A stretch of DNA of 64,000 bases from positions 1,054,001-1,118,000 of the forward strand of contig MU008162.1 in assembly GCA_010909165.1 (NCBI GenBank). The letters run 5' to 3'. The translations under genes and the position numbers were made by a program. The notes under the pieces are model-generated. The model did not search any database. It saw nothing but the letters and a program-made list of their open reading frames with translations, and was not told the origin of the DNA. Below are positions 26,480-38,575 of the stretch, in pieces. Each line of letters begins with the position of its first letter. Positions within the stretch are counted from its first letter, which is position 1. This DNA is from Anthoceros angustus. Taxonomy: Eukaryota; Plantae; Anthocerotophyta.

Positions 26480-27304
26480 TGGTGGTTTCATAGCTATTGA
26501 GACAACGCCACACTTGTTCTCCTTCCACCCCACACCGTAGTATTTGTCACAACGCTGGCTCTCCACGACCATCCAACGCTTAATCTCGCTCCGACACCAA
26601 TGTGCTTTGCGATGTTGGAACCAAGTTAAACCGGTCAATGTCGTTCGACAATATGAGGTTCCACAAGTGATCTGCTGCAAGTGATCGCCCACTTGTACAT
26701 CTCTTAGATTCCCGTAGTCCCTCGTGTTCGTGATTACAACAAGAAACAACTGCATCTTTGGCGGCCCGTAGGGGAGAGTCCAAAACTCAAGGAGAGGAGC
26801 ATGAACCACTCCAAAATCTCACGATACATGGACCTGAAAACTTGTCTGCCATCTCAAAACTCTTCGCCAATGCCTTGGCCACTTGTCGCTTCCTTCAGAC
26901 TGCACTCCCTCACTTCCCACAGGTAAGTTGCTACGCTGCATCGCACGCCACACACGATTTTCGCTGGAAGTTGAAGGAGGTGTTGGCACTTCTCATTCCC
27001 TCTTCTCCAACAACCCTGAGGCCGGTTCTTCGGGCCGTGTCTCATCCCTTTACGCAGCTTGCCTCTCACGCCGCCACGCTTGTTGGCTGCCCAATCGGGC
27101 GCCGGCTCGGTGACTGTGACATGCCCTGCTCGCCTCAAGTCCTTGTATACACCTTCCTCTTCGCTAGCACATTTGCTGTCCATGCACACCTCCAACGAAA
27201 TTTCCAGTGTATGGAAAAACTTGCGCCCAACACGCACCAACAAACCCCATCACTCTAAACTTAATTCAAACGCGTCAACCTCCGCTGACTTTCAAGGTGA
27301 TGGC

Positions 27305-27898
27305 ATGTACGCCTGCGTGGTCGCTGACAACTTAGCCACTACCACGTTTTTGACCACCAAAGCGTGCATACACCCCTTACTCACTGATGAACCTATTACG
27401 AAGGTTCCCAATGGAGTTGAGTGCATTCACTGTGGAAGGGAGTGGATACCTGCTTCCAAATACTCTCCTCGACAGTGGACTCTACACAGCTCTATTTGCC
27501 AGCACCCACCTATGGACATCGACGCTCCCAAAACAGCAGAGCAGCAAGCCTTGAAGGACTACAACAAGGTATACTTGAAGACCTGGACACCAGCTAGCGA
27601 CAAGGTTCAACCTTACGACACACCTCGTGAAGTATCCTTCGAAAGAAGACTGACCAAGGAGCAATACCAAGCCGCTATGCTGAAGGCCATGCCAAAAGTG
27701 GAAGACGAGTTGGAATACTACTACTCGTACAGAATCAGCTCGGGAGCAGAAAAGACTCTCAGCAAGGAGGACCAAGTCATACTGATGCGAGCCACAAGGA
27801 TCACTGGCAATGATGGTACTCCCTCTGTAGGGGCAAGACAGAAAAAGAGAAAATATGACGACCCAGATGAGGAAGGTCGTGGCCAAGGGCACGTGTGA
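27305..27898 (+). CDS. 197-aa C2HC zinc-finger protein with a C-terminal NLS-like motif, antisense within the copia 3' region
   Basis: CIHCGREWIPASKYSPRQWTLHSSIC fits C-x2-C-x17-H-x3-C. RQKKRK lies near the C-terminus. The ATG-initiated frame is intact. Confidence 0.55.
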   Translation: MYACVVADNLATTTFLTTKACIHPLLTDEPITKVPNGVECIHCGREWIPASKYSPRQWTLHSSICQHPPMDIDAPKTAEQQALKDYNKVYLKTWTPASDKVQPYDTPREVSFERRLTKEQYQAAMLKAMPKVEDELEYYYSYRISSGAEKTLSKEDQVILMRATRITGNDGTPSVGARQKKRKYDDPDEEGRGQGHV

Positions 27899-28082
27899 GC
27901 TTCATCCACCCCGCCTCCTCGCTAACCTCTCCTCCAAGATGCTCGACTCACCTTTACCACTCTGTGTGGTCCTGCAGTCTCATGGATGAATTGAAGAAGA
28001 TGACAACTGCACGCAAAACACTCAAGAATCAGAGAGAAAGGCTATCACGTAAACCTAGGAGCATGCTGTAAGGAGGAGTAGA

Positions 28083-31000
28083 CTAGTGGGCTGTCCCTGT
28101 CCCAAGAGCAGGTGATATCTGACTGATCCCAGCTGCAGCCATGTGTTTGAGATGCAGCAATTTTGGAAGTGCCTTAGTCAGGACATCAGCAACATTCTCA
28201 CCTGTTGGAATATATCGGACATCTACCTCTCCTGTGTCATAAGCTTGTCTGATAAAATGATGTGTGATCTCTATATGCTTGGATCGAGCATGGAAAACCG
28301 GGTTCTTCGTGAGTGCAATGGCTGATTGATTGTCACACCACAACCTTGTGGCACCTGCTGGCAATTGTTGAAGTCCTCTAAGGAATGAACGAATCCAGAT
28401 TACCTCACGAGCTACTTGGGATAACGCGCCATACTCAGCCTCCGTCGAGGAAAGACAGATTGTTGTCAACTTCTTACTCGACCAGGACACCACTGAGCCT
28501 CCCAACAGATTGCAATAAGCTGCTATACTCCTTCTGGAATCCGGATCGCCTGCCCAGTCTGCGTCGCAGAAACCAACAAGCTCTAATCCAGCAGTCTGCC
28601 TAGTGTACTTCAAGCCTAACCGAGGAGTTCCTTTGAGATAACGAAATATTCTCTTCACAGCTGCCCAATGCACCTCTCCCGGGTTCTCTAAAAACTGTGA
28701 AACATTGCTCACTGCCCTGGATATATCTAACCTAGTCCATGATGCTAGGTACAGAAGACTACCAACTGCCTACCTATATGGGCGAGTAGACATAAGGTCC
28801 TTTTCCTCCTGCGTGGTAGGGCAGTGTTCCTTAGACAACTTCTCACTGGTAGACATAGGTGTAGATACAGGACGTGCTTCAACCTTGTTGAACATTGCGG
28901 GAGTGACAAAGTGTTCACGATCTTGACTCCATGCCTATCTGCGGCGGGCATACCAAGAGAGAAACGAAGTTGCCCAAGGTCCGTCATATCAAAACGAGAT
29001 AATAGAACACTCTTAATCCTAGCCATCAAGATCAAGGAAGTACTAAAAAGAAAATTGTCGTCCACATAAACTGATAGAATTAGAAAGTCGTCACCATCCC
29101 AAAGTATATAAACAGTATTGTCAGCATCTAAGCATGTAAATCCTAATTCGATCAGCAGAGCATGAAACGTTTCATTCCAAGCTCGGCTTGATTCTTTGAG
29201 GCCATAAAGTGTTTTGAGCAACAAGCAAACTTTCTCCTCGTCCATCACAAAACCCTCAGGCTGCTGCATGTAAATCTCCTCTTCTAAAGTACCATTAAGG
29301 AATGCTGTCTTGACGTCTAGTTGGTGAAGGTGAAGACCAAAATGAGCAGCTAGAGATAGCAATATTCGGACAGAGGTAGACTTAACCACGGGTGCAAATG
29401 TTTCATTATAGTCTAGGCCAGCAACCTGGCTATACCCTTTGGCAACTAATCTAGGCTTGTAGCGGCCAACACTGCCATCAGTGTTAAGTTTCTTTTTAAA
29501 GACCCATTTACAAGCCACTGGTTTACGACCTTCTGGCAAATCTACAAGTTTCCATGTACCATTGGCAATGAGAGAATTATACTCAGACTGTATGGACTCC
29601 TTCCAGAACTCTGCCTCAGGACCCGTAATGGGTTCTAGGTAGGTGGCTGGTTCAGATGTATTAAAATTGGGAACAAAAGTCGTGGAAGCTACACCTGTTA
29701 TGAAAGCAGGTTCTATCCACTCATGGCGAGGAGGTGGATTCCTAGTGGACCTGCGAAGAACAGGTGAAGAGAGTGTATCCTCGACAAGTATGGGGTCTGG
29801 ATCTGCAGCTACTAGAAAATCAGGAGACACTGGAGGATCAACTGCTACAGGTTCTTCAACAGGAGCAGACTCAGCAATTGGAAGTAAGGTAAACTCATCT
29901 GATGCAGTAGGAGATGACACAGACGGTGATGGTTGCTGAGGTCGCGGAGGTAACTGGTTGATCTGCCCCCGTGAAGCTGAAGGAGTTGTATCCTCGAAGT
30001 AAAAAATGGAAACATCAGTGTCCTTATCAGCAGCAAAATCAACTTCATCATCTACACCACGAATAGTGGCGGGTGGCAGCACAGAGGGAGGAGATAACAA
30101 GCTGTCATGTCGACGAAGTAAGGCATTCTCATGGAGAATTACGCTGCGAGAATAAGAAACTTGCCAAGTGCTAGGATCAAACAACTTGTAACCCTTGGCT
30201 TCCTCAGCATAGCCAACAAAAATTCGACGAACTGCCTTCGGGTCGAGCTTACTCCTTAGCTGAGAGGGAACAAGTGCATATGCCGGGCTGCCAAAAATCC
30301 TCATATGTGTGATACGAGGTTTCTTGCCCGTCCAGCGTTCGTATGGTGTGATGAGGCCAAGCTCCTTTGTAGGAAGGCGATTCTGCACATAATTAGCTGC
30401 AACGAGAGCTTCTGCCCAGTATCCACGAGTCAGCCCAGCAAAAGACAAACTGGAAAGTGTAGCCTCTTGTAAGGTACGATTCTTGCGTTCAGCAAAGGCA
30501 TTCTTGGCAGGTGTATATGGGACAGTAAACCGATGGGCAACTCCCTCTGCTGCACAAAAGTCCGAAAAAGCATGACTTACATACTCTCCACCATTATCTG
30601 ACCTAAAAATCTTGAGCTTGCAGCCTGTCTGTCGCTGAGCCATAGTGACAAAATCTTGAAAACAGGTGAAGGTGTCACTTTTGCTATGGAGAACATAAAC
30701 TGTGCAATACCGGCTCCACTCGTCAATAAAGGTCAGAAAGTAATGAGCACCACCAAAAGAGGCTGTGGACATGGGTCCACAAAGGTCACTATGAACTGTA
30801 TGGAGAAGACTAGGTGCTCGTGAGAGGTTTTGATCTCGGAAAGGCTGTGAGATAGCTGTGAGATAGACTTGACAGGAATCACAAAATGCATGGTCGTCGA
30901 AAGAGAAGGACGGAGAATCTCTAAAAACAGTGTTGTTCACCAACAGGGACAGACGCTGAAAGTGGACGTGTCCCAAACGACAATGCCACAGCTGAGTAGG

Positions 31001-32775
31001 AGATAGGGATGGAGACTGGCTGACCTGAACTGTAGTTGGCTGTGACAGCGTTCTGACATTCAAGAGGTACAGATCGTTAAAGGGAGTGCCAGAGAAAATC
31101 TCATCCCAGTCAGCTATAGTGGAAATTGAGCAACCAGAATGGTCAAAGCAAATTCTACAAGAAAGTTCTTTAGAAAGCTTAATCACTGACATAAGGTTTT
31201 TGGTCATGGCTGGGACGAAGAGCACACCTGTCAGAATCATGGTGGCTGAATTGGGCAACTCAATGGTAACTGAACCTAAACCCTTGATGGATAAGCCACT
31301 GTCGTCTCCTAATAAGACAAACTGCTGGCTGTCAAAAGAAGGAACAAAGTCATGGAAAGCACGCCTATCGTAGCAAATATGACTGGTGGCCCCCGAGTCC
31401 AAAAACCACATATCATACTGGATCTGAATTGAGGCCAAGCAAACAGCAAGGATAGAAGGTGACTTAGCAGTAGTTGTTGGCTTGGCTGTGGCTAGATTGG
31501 ATTCGGGAGCAGTCCCTTCCTTACGTGGTTCTCCAGCACGCTTCTTCCTACAGTCCTTCTCAAAATGCCCTGGTATCTTGCACCAGTTACAAGTAAACGT
31601 CTTCCTTTGGAGATTAGGCTGCTTGGCTGTTGGGTAGCCACCTCAACCTTGTCCTCCTCGACCTCGTCCACGAAAGCTCCCTCTGCCACGGCCAGAAAAG
31701 AGAACTCTTGAACTGGAATGTTGTTGTGCAGTTTCCTTTCCTTTATGATAACCCTTGGTGCGCTCCTCTGCTAATAAGGCCCCAATCAACTCGTCCAGAG
31801 TAAGGGCTGGAAGGCCTCCTGCCGCTGCAGAGGAGGCACGAGCAACTGTGAACTCATGAAATGACTGTAGCTTTGAGGTAAGGAAGCTAGCAGACTGGTC
31901 CCAGCTTGTTCCTCCGTGAGAGTTGTGCCACAATATGCCAAGGTAGCACGTGCTGTCCTAGAGCGGTTGATATAGGACTCCACAGACTCGTTGTCCTTCA
32001 TCCTCATGCCATAAAAATCCTTGTGTGCAAACACTTGAGATGCATTACTCTTGTCCTTATAGATCTGGCTAAAACTATGCCATACAGCCGCAGAGGTGAC
32101 AGCACCCAAGGTGTGAGGCATCATGTTTCTGTCAAGGGAAGCAATGAGAATCAAACGTGCTCTCCTGTCCTTTCGTTTCCAGTCGAGAACGTCGGCAGCA
32201 TTAGTTGCTGTTGCAGCAGGACATCTCTCACTCCCATCTACCACAGACATCAGCTCGTTTTCCTCAAATATCTGGGTCAATCTCAGTGACCACGTGTTGT
32301 AGTCGTTTCCATTGAAACGATCCTTATCCCTGAACTCGATCTTCAGGGCAGGTTGAGGAAGAGCTGCCGCCATAGTTGATGTGGATGCCCCCGTTGAGGC
32401 TGATGCTGATGAAGATGTTGCGATGGTAGAAGTGGTAGAAGCAGCGACAGTACCTCCAGTTGTGGTAGGTTGTGCCCTGTAAGCTGCTCCAGGAGAGATC
32501 AGAGGTGTCTCCTCTCCAGGATGTTGTCCACGAGAATAGTAAGCAAAACCTTCCCGTGGTCTCCCCTCGCGAGCTCCTTCTGTAGGCTCTCGAGAAAGAC
32601 CGAATTCAAAGTTGAAATCCGGGCGCCTATAGCGTTCTTCAACGCGTGGTGGATCAGTATCTTGATTCAGCTCAACGATGCCGCCAGCATCTAAGTCAAA
32701 CTCATCTTGAAGGGGCTCAGGGCGTCTCTGGTGCATCACATCACAAGTCGTGGGGTGGCTCCTCGCGACGAGCAA
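28083..32775 (-). CDS. Copia Gag-Pol polyprotein (Gag, CCHC knuckle, protease, integrase, RT, RNase H) with a few frameshifts
   Basis: Gag FNGNDYNTW..WKRKDRRA; knuckle CNWCKIPGHFEKDC; protease WFLDSGATSH; GAG-pre LWHCRLGH; integrase HSDLCGP/RSDNGGEY/AERKNRTL; RT QLDVKTAFLNG/YVDD; RNase H DADWAG/SSTEAEY/NVADVLTK. The INT-RT order is copia-type. Confidence 0.97.
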
Positions 32776-33184
32776 CCCGGCAACTCCAAGCGCATCTTGG
32801 GAGTTCTGATGGCTCTGACATCTAAGATGAAGTCATGCGATACCAGTGAGACACTCAACTGAGGTCCTGCAGCTCACGAATTTTGGCGCGAGCAGAAAGG
32901 ATCTCACTTTCCTTTACGCTGTCAGTGCCGCCTCAATCAGTGCGGGGAGCGGTACATACCGTTTTGTATCTGCTAGAGAAGGGTGTTGGACTCACTTTGA
33001 GCAGATTGATCGAGTTGGAAGCCTGGGTGAAGATTGGGATCGATGTGTGATGATTCTCCGGTATGCGAGGCAAAAACCGCTCGATGGAAGGAAAGTTGTC
33101 AACGTCTATGTTGACCTTCCGCCTGGGCGCACGTGAGGCAATCCCTCTCTTAGGCATCGTGGGCGCTCGTGCGGATTGCCTAAA

Positions 33185-33396
33185 GCTCTAATACCAAAAA
33201 GCAAGTGCGGATCATTGAGGGGCACGAGCGGGTACGAGCGAAAGCACGAGAGCGCCACAGAGAAGAATGAAAAAACGGTTATTTTGTTCACGGGAATTTG
33301 CTCAATATATACAATGGTGATAAGTCTGTTGTAATTGTTCATAAAACTACTAAAGCATATTCAACCTAACGTATAGATGAATTAACTATTTCTTCA
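33185..33396 (-). repeat. 5' LTR (33197-33396) and tRNA-iMet primer-binding site (33185-33196)
   Basis: Minus strand TGAAGAAATA...GCACTTGCTTTT is followed immediately by TGGTATTAGAGC, one mismatch from canonical TGGTATCAGAGC. Confidence 0.85.
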
Positions 33397-34104
33397 GTGC
33401 GCGCCCGGGTAGCCGTCAGCGAAAGTAATGCCACACTCCTTACCAACATTTCTCCTTAGCGAACTCCTCCACCAACTCTCGTATCAGCCTACCTTGCTGC
33501 CCAATTCTCCTCGCGGCCTCCACAATGGCCTCCCTTCACACCTACTTGCAGCCCAACTGCAAATTTTGCCTTCATAGCCTTTTGCAGTGCGATTCCTTCA
33601 CCATGTTGCAGACCCATCTTGTCACGCTTTCTTGTGGCTATGCCACATCTCCATCTTGTAGCCCAGTTGCAAATTTGGCTTGCCATGAGCGCTCTACCAC
33701 GACGTCTCATAATTCAGGACACGGCCCTATCATGCCATCCTCACCGCATCGTTACTCCACCGCAAGCACTTCCATGCTTTGGCACTGCCATGGCCTCCTT
33801 TTGCAAATGAATAGCATTCGGTGCACTATAACTTCAGCTCTCTTCACTGTCCTCTTCATCCTTTTCCTTGTGGCCTTCACCCTCTTGCAACATGTGCTAG
33901 GCACTCTCCAATTTCCCTTCCTTCACCCCCAAACTACAGTCTCTCTCAAAACATCTTGACACTCCTCCTTGCTTGGCATGGCCTTGGTGTCCATACCACA
34001 GTGAGGTATGGTACCTACCCTCGTAAATTGCAACCAAAACTTCTGTCTCCTCCACGTGCCACCCAGTGAGACCCCAGGAAGTGCAGGCATAGGCATCTCC
34101 ACTG

Positions 34105-34760
34105 TCAGATCACGGACCGCCATATCGCCGTCCGGAGTGAGTCCGGATTAGGGACTCCGGACCCAATCAGGACCCTTAGGTCCTGTCCGTCCTGAGTCTG
34201 TGCTTCCACCTCCTTGGCTCTTTTCGCCGCCAACTCCTTCTCCACACGTCTTCGCTTGGGGTTCGGGGAGGCGAGGGAGTCTGAGAACTGGCCCGCTTCC
34301 CCCTCCGCATAGGAGATAAGACTGGCTCGGGGTAGGATTGCTACCAGTGACCACCGGCGCCTTGGGCGGCATCGCGTTCCGCCCTCCTCCCTGCCTCTTC
34401 CACCTCCTGCCACTCCGTTGGCAAAGGTAAGGGCACCGGAGCTGTCCTTGGGACGGTGGAATTGGGCACCTGTTTCCTCTTCTTCGGTTCCCTCCTGGTC
34501 CGTCGAGGCTCGGCGGCTTGGTCTAGAGCAGGTTGCGGGGCGTTGAGGCGGCACCATCTCCATCCACTGTGTAGTAGCCCACAGGGATGGTGCAGTGGGG
34601 AACCAAGAGAAGGGAAGCGGGAATATTCTCCCATACTTCCCTTGGAGGAGAGGAGGTCCGCTCTAGCGTATGGAGTCCGGAATTCCCTCCCATTAAGAGC
34701 CTTCTTGGTGCAAACCAGCTAGGGTCTTGAATTTGTGCAAGATGGATAGGGAGGAGCCTT
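34105..34760 (-). mobile_element. Fragment related to the ORF inside the 21835-26212 element, inverted
   Basis: PLPTEWQEVEEAGRRAERDAAQ resembles PPPEWQEGRKGGERDAAC at ~23375-23430, and the GC-rich composition is similar. Confidence 0.55.
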
Positions 34761-35029
34761 AGATTCATGGTTGGGATTGATGGCTACGATAGAAATTAGA
34801 GGTTATGGCTGGCTGTACGGAATAATGGATGAGATATGGCCACATGCTTGCAGTAACCACTTAAATCTGCATTTTAGGATTCAATTTGGGCAAGCTCTGT
34901 TGGTATAATTGTCACATGAGAAGACTGGAGCACTGTCTAGAGGTACAGGGGGGGAGTGAGCTAGGATCACCAAGGATGGTAACAAGTGCAGCAATTATCG
35001 GCACTAGCAATGAACAACCTCTGGGTAGA

Positions 35030-38000
35030 AAGGGATTTCTCCGGCAAAAAGGGGTTATGGCTAAAATCCCATCTTGGTTGGGGCAAAAATGTGTATTCAC
35101 TGTTTTTTTAGGTGTTTTTTTTAGGGTGCTTGTTAATTTTAATGTGGTGTTCAAACCCATGGCGCCACACCTTTGGCAGCCATTCGAAGAGATGTTGGTG
35201 GGATTTGGAGCACGGCTCATGTGTATGACCAAATGTTCGACACCATGTTGCGCAATTGGAAGAACAATCTTACGAGATGCGCAAGACAATTTCTTGAGGA
35301 TAATCATCCACCTAAGTATAAGCCTCGAGATATTTCGGCTGACCATTGGGATCGCATTGTGGAGAATGAAAAAGCCCAGGATGGAGATGTCTGCACAAAA
35401 ACGCATAGCAATGTTGAGGGGGTTGAACTCGGATGCCCAGCCGTATGCCCACTTTGGTAATGGTGGGTTTGTGAAGTTTACAAATCGATTTTACCAACTC
35501 TTTGATAGACGTCCTACGGAGCAAGAGACGGAGGCTATGGCAAGAAGGCCCGAAAATTGGATAATAAAACTTGAAACAAATTGGACGGCTTCCAATCTTC
35601 CTCATCCCGAGCGTTTGGCTCCAACCCCCGGAATAGGTTTCAAACAATTGTGGCAGAACCTCAAGGATGCTGGTTATAAAGATGATGATTTGGATGGTAT
35701 GATTTTGATTTGATGTCTTTGCAAGTTTTGATTGTCCTATTTTAACTCGCTTTTTGATTTGCCATAGGAGCCGAATACTGCATTGAGCGCAAGCAAGTGG
35801 ACGATGACTGGTTTTGGACAATTTGGTGCCTAGATTGAAGCCCGGGTTAAGTGAGGATCTTTCTCCTCGTAGTTCTTATAGAAGATCTTTCAAGTGTTTT
35901 GTTGTAACACTGGCTTGGTAACATATTCGATTCTTGCAGACCGGTGTGGCCTCCGCCTCGGTGGGAAGCCTTAACCTCCCCAAATGTGCTCAACACCGGT
36001 GTGGAACGAAGCCTTGATGAAGTTGAACACTCCATCTCGTGGAAGAGGTGGAAGAATTTGAACAGGTTGAGGTATCCCTCTTTAAATGCACGGAAAATTC
36101 TTTCAGTCTCATGGTCTCTCATCAAACTAGACGACAGGAACTTGAAGCTCAATTCCTTGCTGTGAAGCTAGGTCTGGACTACGCCAAAGAGCTCAAGTCA
36201 TCAAGGGTGAAGAGCATGAAGAGGAAGGGAAATGAGGCTTCAACTTCGAAGTCTAATTTGAAGAGATCAAGGAGCGAGGAATAATAGTTTGGTGCTTTCT
36301 TTTAGTTGCACCTTAGAAACTCTTAGAAATTGATACTGATATTAATTCTGTGGGGAATGTCTCCTTTGTGTGTGTCTCGGTAAATGGCCCCAATGTTTAT
36401 GAATCAGTGCGTATGGGGAATGGCCCTAATGTTTGTTTGTGGGAGTCTGTGTGTCTGGGGAATGGCTTCTATGTTTGTGTGTTTATTTGTGTGTGTTTTT
36501 GTATGTGTGTGTGTGAGTTTCTATGCGAGCCTGTGAGAGCTGCGAGCTGTGAGAACTGTCGAGCCTGTGAGACCACAGGCGAGCTGTGAGACCTGCGGGC
36601 GAGCCTGTGAGACCTGGCGAGCTGTGAGACCAGGAGCTGTGAGACCTGGCGAGCCTGTGAGACCCTGTGAGAGTGTATGCGAGCTTGTGAGCGTGTGAGA
36701 CCCTGTGAGAGTGTATGCGAGCTTGTGAGCGTGTGAGAGCGTGTGAGCGTGTGAGAGCCTATGAGGACCTGTGAGCGCGTGTGAGAGCCTATGGGCACCT
36801 GTGAGAGCTTGTGTGCCAGGAGTGTGTGAGCCTTGAGCCAGCGAGCCTTGAAAATTGAGCCTTGAGCTTGTGAGAGCCTGTGAGAGCGAGAGTCTGTGAG
36901 CCTCTGAAAATATGAGAGCGAGAGTCTGTGAGCCTGTGAAAATATGAGAGCGAGAGCCTATGAGCCTGTGAAAGCCTATGAGCTTGTGAGAGCGAGAGTC
37001 TGTGAGAGCGAGATTCTGTAAGAGCCTGAGCCTGTGAGCCTGTGAGAGCGAGAGCTTATGAGCCTGTGAGAGCGAGAGCTTATGAGCCTGTGAGAGCGAG
37101 AGCTTATGAGCCTGTGAGAGCGAGAGCTTATGAGCCTGTGAGAGCGAGAGCTTGTGAGCCTGTGAGAGCGAGAGCTTGTGAGCCTGTGAGAGCGAGAGCT
37201 TGTGAGCCTGTGAGAGCGAGCGCTTGTGAGCCTGTGAGTAGGCGAGCCTATGAGCGTGAGAGCTTGTGAGCGCCTGTGAGAGCCAATGTGGGTTTGTGCA
37301 AGTTTGTGTGGGTTGTTGTGAGTTTGTGTAAGTTGAATGTGTGAAGTTATGTGAGGTGTGTGTTCATTTTGGGGCCTAGAGTCGCTTGCATTCGGTAGTA
37401 GCATTCCATTTCTCATGTGTCCCACTAATTCACAACAAGGTGCAACATACAAAATTTACAACAAAGCACGTTGTAAAACACTTGTTGTAAATATGTCCCA
37501 TTTAAAGAAGCTGAAAATTATATATTTGTATTATTAACTGGGATATTGTAGATGGTTTTGTAAAACAAGTCGTTGTAAAGTGCGTTGTACCCACACCGAG
37601 ACGTCTCAAACTTAGATGTTGTAATTCCTTTTGTAATTGGGATATTGTAAATGATTTTGTAAAATAGGTGGTTGTAAAGTGCGTTGTACCCGCTCCGAGA
37701 CGCTCAAACTTAGATGTTGTAATTCCTTTTGTAATTGGGATATTATAAATGGTTTTATAAAAGACGTTGTAAATAGATGACGTGGCAAGGGTTGCTAACT
37801 AGGTGCCACATGGCAGTGGGCACCACATCATCACATGGTGATGTGGCGATGAGGGCCATGTCATCAAATCCTGCACGTCATCACCTGATGCTGTGGCAAT
37901 GAAGGGCCACGTGGCAACAATATGACATGTCATCACTTGGTGATGTGGCGACACATCACCACTTTAATGACATGGCGATGGAACTGGCCATGTTAGCAAT

Positions 38001-38102
38001 TTTACAACGTCATTAAGCTCTCGGTTTACAACGGCGTTGTTGCACCGTTTTACAACGCCACGTTGTAACACCCGTTGTAAAAACCCTTATTTTCTTGTAG
38101 TG
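35030..38102 (+). mobile_element. CACTA/En-Spm element, right portion: TnpA/ORF2-like remnant, internal minisatellites, subterminal repeats and right TIR
   Basis: The terminus ..ttttcttgtagtg at 38102 is the reverse complement of CACTACAAGAAAA. Dense ACAAC/GTTGT subterminal motifs at 37455-38090. Frameshifted ORF ..LRNWKNNL..ISADHWDRIV..HFGNGGF at 35030-36285. Left TIR not found. Confidence 0.75.
36520..37285. repeat. GAGCCTGTGA-based minisatellite, including a 24-bp array at ~37040-37240
   Basis: tgtgagagcgagagcttatgagcc repeated about 8 times, plus degenerate variants. Confidence 0.92.
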
Positions 38103-38434
38103 TCACCTTCAAGTTGTGACCTCCTACATACATGCAGCAGATTATAAAGATAAGTTGGGCTTTATTTTCTTTGTTTTTTTTACGATAACTAATAAATACA
38201 TATTTTAGTCGATACCGATTGCATTCGATATCCACTTTTAGTAGATACCATATTTTATGAATACTTATTTTCAAGGAGATATCCATTTTAAAGCGTGTTT
38301 GAGTACATATGTATTAAATAATATGTTTCTTATTGTTAGAGTTGATATTTATTTAGCATATTATAGATACTTATTGTTATCATTTTTCGTAGATGCTAAT
38401 GCTACTAGTAGATTCCTATGAGTACTTTTATAAA

Positions 38435-38575
38435 AACAAAGGTAATAGAAAAAGGTAAGTATTCCTCCAAAGCGAATAGAAAAAGGTGAGTATTTATAAA
38501 AAAAGGTAAGTATTTCTCCAAAGGTAATAGAAAAAGGTAAGTATTCCTCCAAAGGTAATAGTTAAGGTAAGTAAT
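38435..38575. repeat. ~31-bp tandem repeat upstream of SKP1
   Basis: aaaggtaatagaaaaaggtaagtattcctcc repeated about 4 times. Confidence 0.8.

Larger units (their letters stand above)
6219..33396 (-). mobile_element. Ty1/copia LTR retrotransposon with nested insertions (~8.2 kb net)
   Basis: 5' LTR at 33197-33396 and PBS TGGTATTAGAGC at 33185-33196. gag-pol at 32775-28083. PPT TAAGAGGGAG at 6340-6349 and 3' LTR at 6219-6339. Identical 5-bp flanks GTGCG at 6214-6218 and 33397-33401. Confidence 0.85.

Noticed and set aside
32830-32846. TGGTATCGCATG as the copia PBS
   Set aside because: It is a poorer tRNA-iMet match than 33185-33196 and is not adjacent to the sequence repeated as the 3' LTR.
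36976-37452. SRSHRL / VRARAYEP repeat proteins
   Set aside because: These are translations of the 24-bp minisatellite within the CACTA element.
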